37,258 nucleotides of DNA, taken from IMG/VR virus record IMGVR_UViG_3300045988_061146; one strand, given 5' to 3'. Position numbers and translations under genes: made by a program. Below the pieces are notes generated by a model. The model ran no database searches, was not told where the DNA came from, and saw only the letters and a program-made list of their open reading frames with translations. This document shows, piece by piece, positions 27,684-35,185 of the stretch. Every line of letters starts with the position of its first letter. The first letter of the stretch is position 1. The stretch comes from a virus.

Positions 27684-28091
27684 TCAGAAGGGAAGTTCAC
27701 CGTCTTCCCCGTCAATCTCTGCGAAGCCCTCGTTCTCCATGTAACCGGCGGCCAGGCTCCCGGCCGGCTGATCCTCTGCGGCGCGGCGGGATTCCGCGAA
27801 CTCGACTTCATCGGCCACCACTTCGAAGCGGGTTCTTTTGTTCCCGTCCTTGTCAGTGTAGGGGTCGACCCTGATCCGGCCGGACGCGATAATCACGCGC
27901 TGGCCCTTGCGGAAATACTTCGCGACGAACTCCGCAGTCTTCCGCCAGGTCGTGACGGGTATGAAGTCCGCTTCCTCGCGGTTGAACTTTCGGTCGACGG
28001 CCAGGGCGAAGGTTGCCACAGGGACGCCGTTCGGCGTTTGCTTCAACTCCGGATCGCGCGTCAGGCGTCCGGACAGTTTCACGTCGTTCAT
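27684..28091 (-). CDS. ssb: Single-stranded DNA-binding protein
   Basis: OB-fold N-terminus (MNDVKLSGRLTRDPELKQTPNGVPVATFALAV...TTWRKTAEF) and an acidic C-terminal tail ...DGELPF. Confidence 0.9.
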   Translation of the reverse strand: MNDVKLSGRLTRDPELKQTPNGVPVATFALAVDRKFNREEADFIPVTTWRKTAEFVAKYFRKGQRVIIASGRIRVDPYTDKDGNKRTRFEVVADEVEFAESRRAAEDQPAGSLAAGYMENEGFAEIDGEDGELPF

Positions 28092-28369
28092 ATAGAATCA
28101 CCTTCCTTCCATGCTTGGGCGAACTTCGTGATCCGGTACAGTTCGCCCCAGGGGTCTTTCTTCTGGGCGCGGCCCCATAGGAACAAGGCCACGCCGATTT
28201 TCAATGATTGCCAGGTCGTGATCGGCCCGGTCCCGTTTGCCAGTTTGCGAACAAATGATTTCCCGTGATAGCGAAGGCAAGCGAACGCCACCACACAGGG
28301 AAGGACCTGGTCTTCGGGTATGTCCAGGGCTTCGGCCAACTTCTTCGCGGCTTCTTCGCTTCTGCTCAC
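28088..28369 (-). CDS. Hypothetical protein, about 94 aa, from a GTG start with GTGA coupling
   Basis: The RBS GGAGGTGACGCC precedes GTG. The N-terminal part of track ORF 28088..28684 is Arg/Pro-rich junk. Confidence 0.4.
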   Translation of the reverse strand: MSRSEEAAKKLAEALDIPEDQVLPCVVAFACLRYHGKSFVRKLANGTGPITTWQSLKIGVALFLWGRAQKKDPWGELYRITKFAQAWKEGDSI

Positions 28370-28857
28370 GGCGTCACCTCCGTCACGATATACAGGCGGA
28401 CCGCCTGGCGGCCGAAGACAAGGGCTTCGTGGTGGTCTTCGAAGTAGATGTCGACAGCGTTCCCCTTTATGGCTCCGCCGCGATCCTGGACCACTCGTTC
28501 GCCCAGGCCGTCTATGTAGACGACGGTCCCAGGGGGAAGAACGTCCCAGTCGGCCGCGATCGTGACGCCCTGTTCGGCGACAGCTCCGCTTGCCGTGTAG
28601 ACGATTCCGTCCGGGCGGTTCAGCGCCCAGGAACCACAGCACTTTTCGCAAGAACAGTACGCGGTCGCTTCGTATTCGATCCATTCCGGTTCTTTCGGTT
28701 CTGGTTCCGGGGCGGGCGGCTGTGCGGCCACGGCGGCGACTGCCGGCGGCTCTGTCGGCTCACTCTCTGCCGGCTGTGTCCCGGTTCCCTTCGCGGTCCA
28801 CGCACACGCGGTCAGGGCCACCAGGGCCAGCAGAAGGACGGTGGGTAGTTTCTTCAT
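28366..28857 (-). CDS. Lipoprotein with a 3D-domain (MltA/YuiC-like peptidoglycan-binding or lytic fold), about 163 aa from M45
   Basis: Signal peptide and lipobox MKKLPTVLLLALVALTAC. A Pro/Glu/Ala linker. The 3D-like core is EATAYCSCEKCCG...IAADWDVLPPGTVVYIDGLGERVVQDRGGAIKGNAVDIYF. Confidence 0.6.
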   Translation of the reverse strand: MKKLPTVLLLALVALTACAWTAKGTGTQPAESEPTEPPAVAAVAAQPPAPEPEPKEPEWIEYEATAYCSCEKCCGSWALNRPDGIVYTASGAVAEQGVTIAADWDVLPPGTVVYIDGLGERVVQDRGGAIKGNAVDIYFEDHHEALVFGRQAVRLYIVTEVTP

Positions 28858-28871
28858 AGGACCACCGCCTT

Positions 28872-29231
28872 TCACACGAACGCCTTTGGCGGCGTCACCA
28901 GGTCGGCCGAAGTCGGCCGCCACAGGTGCAAGCATAGGGCGTGGTTGTTGACGTAGTCTTCCTTTGCTGGGTGGTACTCGACAGCCCATTCGTCAGGCTC
29001 GAAGAACATATCCTTGATATGGCACATTTCTTCCCAGGTCGGACAGGTCTTTCGTTTTGTGTTACAAGGGGTAACGCTGACGTGATCCCAGCCGCCGCCG
29101 TTGCTGGCGATCACCATGAAGGACCTTCCGCCCACGAAGACCTTGAAGACGCCGTTATGTTCGTCGCCGGTGCTTCCGAATATATGGCGGGCGTCCACTC
29201 GGTACTTATTCAAATAATTTAGGTTTTTCAC
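28872..29231 (-). CDS. Conserved hypothetical phage protein, 119 aa
   Basis: Complete ORF with coupled start/stop (ATGA). The family was not recognised. Confidence 0.45.
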   Translation of the reverse strand: MKNLNYLNKYRVDARHIFGSTGDEHNGVFKVFVGGRSFMVIASNGGGWDHVSVTPCNTKRKTCPTWEEMCHIKDMFFEPDEWAVEYHPAKEDYVNNHALCLHLWRPTSADLVTPPKAFV

Positions 29232-29683
29232 TTCTTTTCCTCCGTTTTCACCAGCCGGGCCTGTTCCCAGAAGCCGCGCTCATGCGCGGCCTTCTCTTTT
29301 GCGCTTTCCATGACCTTTTCATAGTTCCGGTATCTGGCGCGCTTTGCTTCGGCTCCGGCCAGAATATCTTCAATAACCTGGTCGACCATGTCCGGCGGGT
29401 AGTAGTTCCGGGGGAACCGGCCGGATAGGTCGTTCTTTGGCTCCGTCAGGTTCAGAATGATATTGAACCGATAGGCCAGGTGTTTCTTCCCGGCGTGGTC
29501 TGCGATCCGAAGGCTGTTCGCCACGCCATAGTCGAACTTCAAATAAACGCTGTTAGTGGAATAGGCGTCGTAGCGGTGAATCAGGACCTTCCCGTCCAGC
29601 CGGTCGCACACATACGCCGCCAGGTCCCGGATTTTCTTCGTGTTCTTATTCACAGTCTTCACCTTCTCCATATTTTTGGTCAT
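29228..29683 (-). CDS. Hypothetical protein, about 151 aa from MTKNMEKV
   Basis: The internal start was chosen so the gene does not swallow the real zinc-ribbon gene upstream. The conserved-looking core is LIHRYDAYSTNSVYLKFDYGVANSLRIADHAGK. Confidence 0.4.
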   Translation of the reverse strand: MTKNMEKVKTVNKNTKKIRDLAAYVCDRLDGKVLIHRYDAYSTNSVYLKFDYGVANSLRIADHAGKKHLAYRFNIILNLTEPKNDLSGRFPRNYYPPDMVDQVIEDILAGAEAKRARYRNYEKVMESAKEKAAHERGFWEQARLVKTEEKK

Positions 29684-29915
29684 AGAAGACGCCGTCGAAA
29701 ATGTCGAAGTCGTCTGCGTCCCAGTACGCTTCGCAATCGGAACAAGCGGCGACAGCGACTTCCATTGGTCCGCCTTCGGCCTTTTTGAAGGTCTTCCGAA
29801 GGCGACCATTTCTTCCGACAACATGATCCAGCGAATACTGATACAGGAAGGACACGACGATTTTCCCGCCGCACAGCGGACAGCGGCTTCTTGGTGTGCC
29901 TTCATTTGATTTCAT
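29646..29915 (-). CDS. Zinc-ribbon protein, 89 aa
   Basis: CPLCGGK ... CSDCEAYW paired CxxC motifs. Confidence 0.5.
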   Translation of the reverse strand: MKSNEGTPRSRCPLCGGKIVVSFLYQYSLDHVVGRNGRLRKTFKKAEGGPMEVAVAACSDCEAYWDADDFDIFDGVFYDQKYGEGEDCE

Positions 29916-29921
29916 TCGGTT

Positions 29922-30284
29922 TCACGTCCTCCCCCAGTCTTGGTCCCCAGTTTCGCAAATATGGACGATGTGTTCGCACAGCGCCGGCGGTATTCGCGAC
30001 CGTTCCTTGCTCCCACTCAATCCCTGGGTCCCAGTCTTCGCCCCGCGCGGGGCCGGTATATGGCACGGGTCCCCATTGTGGCACGGTGGCCGGAACTCCG
30101 GGACCGGGTGATTTGTCCAGATGTCGGTCGGCTTCATACGGGTGTCCCCGTATTGGCAGTAGGTTACAGTGAACCGCCGAAGCCCAGACATAAAGTCCAT
30201 TTTCCGCATACCGCCGCGCGGGTTCTCGATGAACCACCAGGTCGGCGACAGCGACATGATCAGCCCGTGGACGTGCAGATTCAC
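29922..30284 (-). CDS. C-terminal half of a compact C5-cytosine DNA methyltransferase-like protein, motifs VI-X
   Basis: FIENPRGG matches the ENV motif. It is followed by RFTVTYCQYGDTRMKPTDIW and a C-terminal RIPPALCEHIV. Confidence 0.65.
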   Translation of the reverse strand: MNLHVHGLIMSLSPTWWFIENPRGGMRKMDFMSGLRRFTVTYCQYGDTRMKPTDIWTNHPVPEFRPPCHNGDPCHIPAPRGAKTGTQGLSGSKERSRIPPALCEHIVHICETGDQDWGRT

Positions 30285-30583
30285 GCGGTCGCAGAACTTG
30301 GCATATTCCGAAACTGCTTCCAGGTTCGTACCCCCCCCGCAGTGCGGCGGCGGTGTCTGCTGATTGCGGCGATACTGTACGTTGCACAGTCAGGGCTTGC
30401 CCAGATCACGTCAGGACGCCCAAACTTCTGAATAATTTCGTCCGGAGTTATTTGAAGGACATCTTTGTAAAGGTCGATATTTTCGAAGGACTTGTCCCAC
30501 TCGACAGAAAAGACTTCATGTCCACGCGCTTCGAACGCCTTCCCGATAGATCGCGTTCCGGCGAATAATTCAAGAACTTTCAT
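30281..30583 (-). CDS. N-terminal half of the same C5-methyltransferase-like protein (motifs I and IV, with an atypical SPDC instead of PCQ). It ends 50 nt after a G8 homopolymer, and its stop overlaps the downstream ATG as ATGA.
   Basis: MKVLELFAGTRS (motif I-like), SVEWDK, and DVIWASPDCATYSIAAIS (a motif IV variant). Confidence 0.65.
   Translation of the reverse strand: MKVLELFAGTRSIGKAFEARGHEVFSVEWDKSFENIDLYKDVLQITPDEIIQKFGRPDVIWASPDCATYSIAAISRHRRRTAGGVRTWKQFRNMPSSATA
30331..30338. repeat. C8/G8 homopolymeric tract inside the methyltransferase N-terminal half
   Basis: ccccccccgc on the plus strand, encoding A-G-G-V (gcg ggg ggg gta) on the minus strand. Confidence 0.6.
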
Positions 30584-30813
30584 TTTGAGTCACCTTCTTC
30601 CGGAATCGGTTCGTAGCAATCACAGCGGACGACGCGATCTTCTTCGTCTGCGCGGATCGGGCCTGGAAGGCCGGCGTCGGCCCTCTCGACCGCCTTCACG
30701 CAGTAGTCGCCTTCGCGCCCTTTGGCGTCGTCCTTGATGAACTGGACGTTCTGGCAGTTCCGACAGGAAAAGGCGTATTTCCACTTCGGAAGGGCCGGTT
30801 TTCTTCTTCTCAT
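30580..30813 (-). CDS. Small Cys-rich zinc-finger protein, 77 aa
   Basis: CRNCQN ... CDCYEP. Confidence 0.45.
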   Translation of the reverse strand: MRRRKPALPKWKYAFSCRNCQNVQFIKDDAKGREGDYCVKAVERADAGLPGPIRADEEDRVVRCDCYEPIPEEGDSK

Positions 30814-31082
30814 GCGCCCACCGCCTTTTCTCCGGCGGCCGTGATCTCCGCGTTCCTGATTTCACACCAGGCGGAAAAGGCCATTTCCCGGACTGTGTCA
30901 GCGGTCAGAAGGACCAGGTATTCGTCGCCGTAGCCGTCTTCGCCGTATATGCGGCCGGCGCGCTCGTTGCACATATCCAGTTTTCGGCGGGCGTACTGTT
31001 CGGCCTGGCCGAAGAAGTCTGGGTCCAGGACAGTTCCCAGGCTTTCTTCGACTCTGGCCTTCAACTCACAGGACCCGATCAT
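30810..31082 (-). CDS. Hypothetical protein, 90 aa
   Basis: A coupled ORF in the early operon. Confidence 0.4.
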   Translation of the reverse strand: MIGSCELKARVEESLGTVLDPDFFGQAEQYARRKLDMCNERAGRIYGEDGYGDEYLVLLTADTVREMAFSAWCEIRNAEITAAGEKAVGA

Positions 31083-31759
31083 TCGTCTTCGTTGTCCTCT
31101 CTGGCGGCGATCCGGCGAAGGACTTCGTTCACAAGTTGCTTCGACGTGAAGCCGGTCAACAGGGCTTCGTCAGACAGTTCGATTTCCTCCTGATCCAGCG
31201 ACAGGCAGATTTCAGAGTCCACGAAAAAAGCCGGGCGAACGCTGTTGTTGCCGTTGTACGCATAGGCCCGGCTCAGACTGCCGCCGGAAGAGACATACCG
31301 CACGCGGTTCGCGCTGCCGGCGGTCGGGGTGATCGTCCATTCCCAGTCGTCGATCTCCAACAGGCCCGCGTCGTAATACTTCCGGACCAGGGGTTCGGGC
31401 AACATGGCGACCTTGCAGACGGCGACGCCGTAACGGTTCGTTCCGTCGTGGTCCTCCAGGCTCCACTCGGCTTCCAGGACCTTGTTCGCCGGGATCACGC
31501 CGGCGTCGTCCAGGGCGGACAGGAAGTCTTCGTTCAGGTCGAACCGAAGGGTGGAGAAGGCGAAGTTATTCGCGGCCGGCTCCGGCTCCATGCGGTTATA
31601 GGTGAATGGCCGGACGGTGAAGGGGCGGTTCCCGATCGGCTCCTTCGCGGCCAGAAGGGTTCGGCCGTCGGTGAAGTGTTCCAGGACGACCACTTCCACG
31701 GGGCCGGCGTTGAAGTAGGCCCCAGGGGCCAGGTTCTTAATTTTTGCGCTTACTGCCAT
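31079..31759 (-). CDS. DGR target protein 2. It is a small stand-alone C-type-lectin-like protein of about 226 aa from the internal M, with VR2 followed by an acidic tail of about 50 aa.
   Basis: It contains the 100-bp VR2, which translates to TPTAGSANRVRYVSSGGSLSRAYAYNGNNSVRPA. The RBS is AGGGAGGAAAACAAA followed by ATG. It sits in the early/replication operon and overlaps the end of rusA. Confidence 0.7.
   Translation of the reverse strand: MAVSAKIKNLAPGAYFNAGPVEVVVLEHFTDGRTLLAAKEPIGNRPFTVRPFTYNRMEPEPAANNFAFSTLRFDLNEDFLSALDDAGVIPANKVLEAEWSLEDHDGTNRYGVAVCKVAMLPEPLVRKYYDAGLLEIDDWEWTITPTAGSANRVRYVSSGGSLSRAYAYNGNNSVRPAFFVDSEICLSLDQEEIELSDEALLTGFTSKQLVNEVLRRIAAREDNEDE
31231..31330 (-). repeat. 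DGR variable repeat VR2 (remote)
   Basis: It is a 100-bp copy of the TR. Twelve of the 14 mismatches fall at TR adenine positions. It shares with VR1 the IMH variant cccggCttt, where the TR has cccggAttt. Coordinates are ±2 nt. Confidence 0.75.
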
Positions 31760-32150
31760 TTTGTTTTCCTCCCTCATATTCTTCGATCGTGACTTCGACG
31801 CGCGGGTTCTTCGGGTCCAGGGCGAAGTCGTCGCTGAATCCTTCAATTTCCGACCAGCCGTCATTTCGAAGGACGCCGGTTTCGACCAGGGCGTCCTGAA
31901 TGAACTTTTTCGCAAAGGCGATATTGTCCTTGTCGCGGCGGCGGCTGGGTTCGACCCACAGGTAGCGGATCACCACAGGACGGGTGAAGCGGACGCCCCG
32001 AAGTTGTGTTCGGATCATGTAGCCGATCGCGTTCTGGGCCTGGCGCTTCATGGAAGCGGCCTTGTACTTGCCCTTGTATGACCGTTCCGCGTCGATGTAC
32101 TCATTCAGTCCCGGCAACAGGCCGGGGATTGTCAGTTTATATTTCTTCAT
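31737..32150 (-). CDS. rusA: RusA-family Holliday junction resolvase, about 137 aa from MKKYKL
   Basis: MKKYKLTIPGLLPGLNEYIDAERSYKGKYKAASMKRQAQN...RRRDKDNIAFAKKFIQDALVETGVLRNDGW. Confidence 0.8.
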   Translation of the reverse strand: MKKYKLTIPGLLPGLNEYIDAERSYKGKYKAASMKRQAQNAIGYMIRTQLRGVRFTRPVVIRYLWVEPSRRRDKDNIAFAKKFIQDALVETGVLRNDGWSEIEGFSDDFALDPKNPRVEVTIEEYEGGKQNGSKRKN

Positions 32151-33043
32151 TGGTCTTGTCCTTTCGTCAGGCCCAGGATTCGCCGGGCGGCGTCCCTTCG
32201 GTCGGTGGCGTTCGCTGTTCTGCGGGACGCTCCGACCATTTTCAGGCGGATCGGACACATTTCCAGGACCCGGTCGTAAATGCGCTTGTAGGCCAGGGAA
32301 GGCGGGTTTTCCAGGTCCTTCAAGGACAGGTTTGTCGTGATGATCACGGGCTTCCCGGACCTTGCCCTGGTGTCGACCACGTTGTAGACCTGTTCGACGG
32401 AATAGGACGTGTCCCGTTCGACGCCCAGGTCGTCGATCACCAGAAGGGAATAGTGTTGAAGGCGGTCGATCCGCTTCTGTCGTTCGTCGTCAAAGGACCC
32501 TTGAAGGCTGTTCAGGATTCGCGGGAAGTTGGTCACGCTGACACTGACCAGCCGTTCCAGAAGGGCGTTCGCGATTGCACAGGCCAGGAAGGACTTCCCG
32601 GTCCCGACGTCGCCATAGAACAGAATCCCGATGTTCTGGGCCTTCATTTCCTCCCAGTTCTCGACGTAGCGGCGACAGACGTCGCTGACCTTTGGGTTCC
32701 GCTGGTCGTCCTGGGCGAAGGTGTATTGCAAATAGGCCGGGTCCGTGATCCCGTCGCGGCGAAGCCGGTCCATTCGTTGCTCAAACTCCCGGCGCTCTCT
32801 GTCGGCCTTCTCTGCGTCGGCTTTTTCCTGGCCGCATTTGCACAGACAGCCGACGCGGATCGTCTTCGCGTCCCGGCCGATGGACGGGACCGCCGGAAGG
32901 GTGACGTCCATTTGCTTCCGTTCGTGGCAGTTGCCACAGCACAGGAAGCCTTCGTCGTCGAAGTAGTCGTCCGGTTCCTGGTTTTGAAGGCTTTTCTGGA
33001 CCATACCGGCCAGAACGTCGCCGATTGCGTTCATAGCGATCAC
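32147..33043 (-). CDS. DnaC/IstB-like helicase loader ATPase with an N-terminal zinc finger
   Basis: Walker A GDVGTGKSFLACAIAN, Walker B LLVIDDLG, and an N-terminal CCGNC...CLCKCG. Confidence 0.85.
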   Translation of the reverse strand: MIAMNAIGDVLAGMVQKSLQNQEPDDYFDDEGFLCCGNCHERKQMDVTLPAVPSIGRDAKTIRVGCLCKCGQEKADAEKADRERREFEQRMDRLRRDGITDPAYLQYTFAQDDQRNPKVSDVCRRYVENWEEMKAQNIGILFYGDVGTGKSFLACAIANALLERLVSVSVTNFPRILNSLQGSFDDERQKRIDRLQHYSLLVIDDLGVERDTSYSVEQVYNVVDTRARSGKPVIITTNLSLKDLENPPSLAYKRIYDRVLEMCPIRLKMVGASRRTANATDRRDAARRILGLTKGQDQ

Positions 33044-33819
33044 CGTCCTTCCAGGAAGTCTTCGTCGTCACCATAGTCCTTCTTCGGCACGGCTCCCTTC
33101 GGGGGCTGGGACGGTACGTCAGGCCGGTCGTCTTCCTCCCAGCGGCGGCCGCGAATGAACGTGGCCGGGTAGCAGATAAACGATCCGCCGTCCTTCGTCC
33201 ACTGGTCACAGGTCTTCCAGCGTTCCACGCCGGCGACGATCAGTTCGACCAGGTCGTCGTCCGGGTTCAGTTGGCCCCAGGCTTTCAGGGCGTCCTGTTT
33301 TCCGACCCGGCGCGGATATACAGCCCAGAAGCGATCAAAACCGCGCGGTGTCCCCGTCGCCCCGGTTGGGCGCGTTCCCGTTTCTCGTTCCTCGTTCTCG
33401 TTTACGTTTTCGTTCTCGTTTACGGGGACTTTTGATTTCATTTGATTTCCTTTCCTTTGATTGCAAGTGTTATCAAATGAAACAGGAAGGGGGAACTTGC
33501 TTTTCTTCGCTCTCTGTTGCTGGTGCTTGTCCCACGACATAAGTTTCAGGTATTGCTTCCCGTCCTCGCTGGCCGTGTAGGTTCCGACCATTCCGGCGGC
33601 GACCAGTTCAGACAGCCAGGCCCGGATTTTCTGTTCCTTCGGCGGGTCCAGGGGGAAGCACACGGACGCCAGGATTCGCGGATTTCCGTAGTACAGGCCG
33701 AAGTCGTCCGCCTTGACCACCAGTCGCCAGAAAAGGCGCTCGGCGTCCGCGCTCACCTCCGACAGCGATTCGCTGGTAGTGATTGATTCTTTGATTATGC
33801 GGCTCGGCACGTTTGCCAC
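33040..33819 (-). CDS. Phage replisome organiser / DnaD-like replication initiation protein
   Basis: A replisome-organiser-like N-terminal domain (FWRLVVKADDFGLYYGNPRILAS), a central low-complexity NENENVNENEE stretch, and a position upstream of the DnaC-like loader. Confidence 0.65.
   Translation of the reverse strand: MANVPSRIIKESITTSESLSEVSADAERLFWRLVVKADDFGLYYGNPRILASVCFPLDPPKEQKIRAWLSELVAAGMVGTYTASEDGKQYLKLMSWDKHQQQRAKKSKFPLPVSFDNTCNQRKGNQMKSKVPVNENENVNENEERETGTRPTGATGTPRGFDRFWAVYPRRVGKQDALKAWGQLNPDDDLVELIVAGVERWKTCDQWTKDGGSFICYPATFIRGRRWEEDDRPDVPSQPPKGAVPKKDYGDDEDFLEGR
33370..33430. repeat. Iteron-like direct repeats inside the replisome-organiser gene: cgttctcgtttacg twice with a 4-nt spacer, preceded by a degenerate copy
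   Basis: Read directly from the sequence. This is a candidate phage replication origin. Confidence 0.4.
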
Positions 33820-33825
33820 CTCCTT

Positions 33826-34677
33826 TTACAATGCTTTTTGACAGGTCCGACAGGCTTCGCGACCATATTTCCGGACGGAATAGTCCTGTTCGGCCTTTGT
33901 GATTGGTTTCCCACAGATCGGGCAGACTGCCCCGTTCTCTGCCTGGGGCGCTGGTGTACCCGCTGGCGCGCCCTGGCGGCCCCTGGGGGCCTGTTTGCCC
34001 TGTCCCTGGGTGTTTCCCTGGGTGGTTGTTCCCTGGCCGCCCTGGGCTGTCTGTGGCGGTCCCTGGACCCTCTTGTTCATGTCGAACCGGACGTTTCCGT
34101 TCCGGTCCGCGATCACCAGTTCGCAAATCTCCCGGCGGTCGTTATAGGCGACGTGGGTGACGGTGAAGCGGGTGTTCGAATAGCATTTCAGGACTTCCTT
34201 CCGTCCGTTCTGGCCTTCGAAATAGAACTCGTTGTCGGCCAGTTCGACATAGATGAAGGGGCCTGTGTAGAGTTCGCGGCCGATCCCCACGTTGAAGCCG
34301 GCGCGCTTGAAGGCGTCGGACGCCTGGCCTTTTTCTTTCTCGGTGTTGCTCTCGACGCCGACGTCCTGTTTCCGGACCCAGGCGCGCTTCTCTGCGTCCC
34401 AGATGTCGATATTACAAAACAGGTTCCCGTTGATCACTTCATGGGTTCGTTGCCAGTTCCCAGGGCCGAAGACCTGGTCAAGAATCCGCATATCGACGCG
34501 GGCGTCCTTGTAAAGCAACAGGACAGCACCGACGCGGCCTGTTTTCGCGCGGCTGACGCTCTGAACGCGACATTCGATGTCTTTTTCCGTCAGAAGGGGA
34601 ATGTCGTTCCTGACGGCCGCTGGCGGGTCCAGGGCGGCCTGTTCGGCCGCCTGGGTGGTCGTTTTCTTATCTGCCAT
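33826..34677 (-). CDS. Rad52/Sak-family single-strand annealing protein with a Gln/Gly-rich linker and a C-terminal zinc ribbon
   Basis: IECRVQS...VLLLYKDARVDMRILDQVFGPGNWQ matches the Rad52 N-terminal signature. The C-terminus is CPICGKP...CRTCQ. Confidence 0.7.
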   Translation of the reverse strand: MADKKTTTQAAEQAALDPPAAVRNDIPLLTEKDIECRVQSVSRAKTGRVGAVLLLYKDARVDMRILDQVFGPGNWQRTHEVINGNLFCNIDIWDAEKRAWVRKQDVGVESNTEKEKGQASDAFKRAGFNVGIGRELYTGPFIYVELADNEFYFEGQNGRKEVLKCYSNTRFTVTHVAYNDRREICELVIADRNGNVRFDMNKRVQGPPQTAQGGQGTTTQGNTQGQGKQAPRGRQGAPAGTPAPQAENGAVCPICGKPITKAEQDYSVRKYGREACRTCQKAL

Positions 34678-34690
34678 GATCCCGCCACCT

Positions 34691-35185
34691 TTACTTGATC
34701 TGAATGTTCCGGTTCTCGACCAGGGAAGCCCCGGTCACGTCTTCGCCGGCCTGGATTGCTTTCTTGATCGCGGTCTTGTCCGGCTTTGTGGTCACTGTGG
34801 TCGTGACGTAGTCAGCCGGAAGCGCCGCTTCGTCGTCGATCTGGACCTGGATAGACTTCCGGAAACTGATCCGGGCCTTTGCGGTTTCGACCTTGTCCTT
34901 CCCGACAGTCACCAGGCACGAAGACAGGTACTTCTTCACGCTGTCGACGCGGCGTTCGACGGCCTTACGGCGGGTCGACAGGTTTTCTTCCTCTGCTTTC
35001 AGGTCAGCGGCGAAGGCTGACAGGTTCTTAATGTAACAGGCCACGCTTTCGGCCTTGTCCTCGAACTGGGCGTCCAGTGCTTCCACGGCGTCGAAGTTCA
35101 TGATCTCGCCGGTTTCTTCGTCCACTTCCAGGCCGTCCAGGGCTTTCAGGAAGTCGGCGCTGATTTCATACAGGCTTACGTTCAT
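34691..35185 (-). CDS. Sipho_Gp157-family protein
   Basis: N-terminal MNVSLYEISADFLKALDGL. It is adjacent to the annealing protein, which is the conserved pairing. Confidence 0.65.
   Translation of the reverse strand: MNVSLYEISADFLKALDGLEVDEETGEIMNFDAVEALDAQFEDKAESVACYIKNLSAFAADLKAEEENLSTRRKAVERRVDSVKKYLSSCLVTVGKDKVETAKARISFRKSIQVQIDDEAALPADYVTTTVTTKPDKTAIKKAIQAGEDVTGASLVENRNIQIK

Noticed and set aside
28088-28684. The full 198-aa model for ORF 28088..28684
   Set aside because: The N-terminal two-thirds is Arg/Pro/Gly junk overlapping the lipoprotein gene. Only the C-terminal portion, about 94 aa from a GTG with an RBS, is credible.
29902-30387. A 161-aa minus-strand ORF spanning the methyltransferase junction
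   Set aside because: It is the third, nonsense frame (Pro/Gly/Arg-rich) over the two methyltransferase halves.
33899-34160. Gly/Pro/Trp-rich plus-strand ORFs and an apparent low-complexity DNA repeat at 33950..34075
   Set aside because: This region encodes the Gln/Gly-rich linker of the Rad52-like protein on the minus strand. I saw no CRISPR-like spacing and no tandem array.
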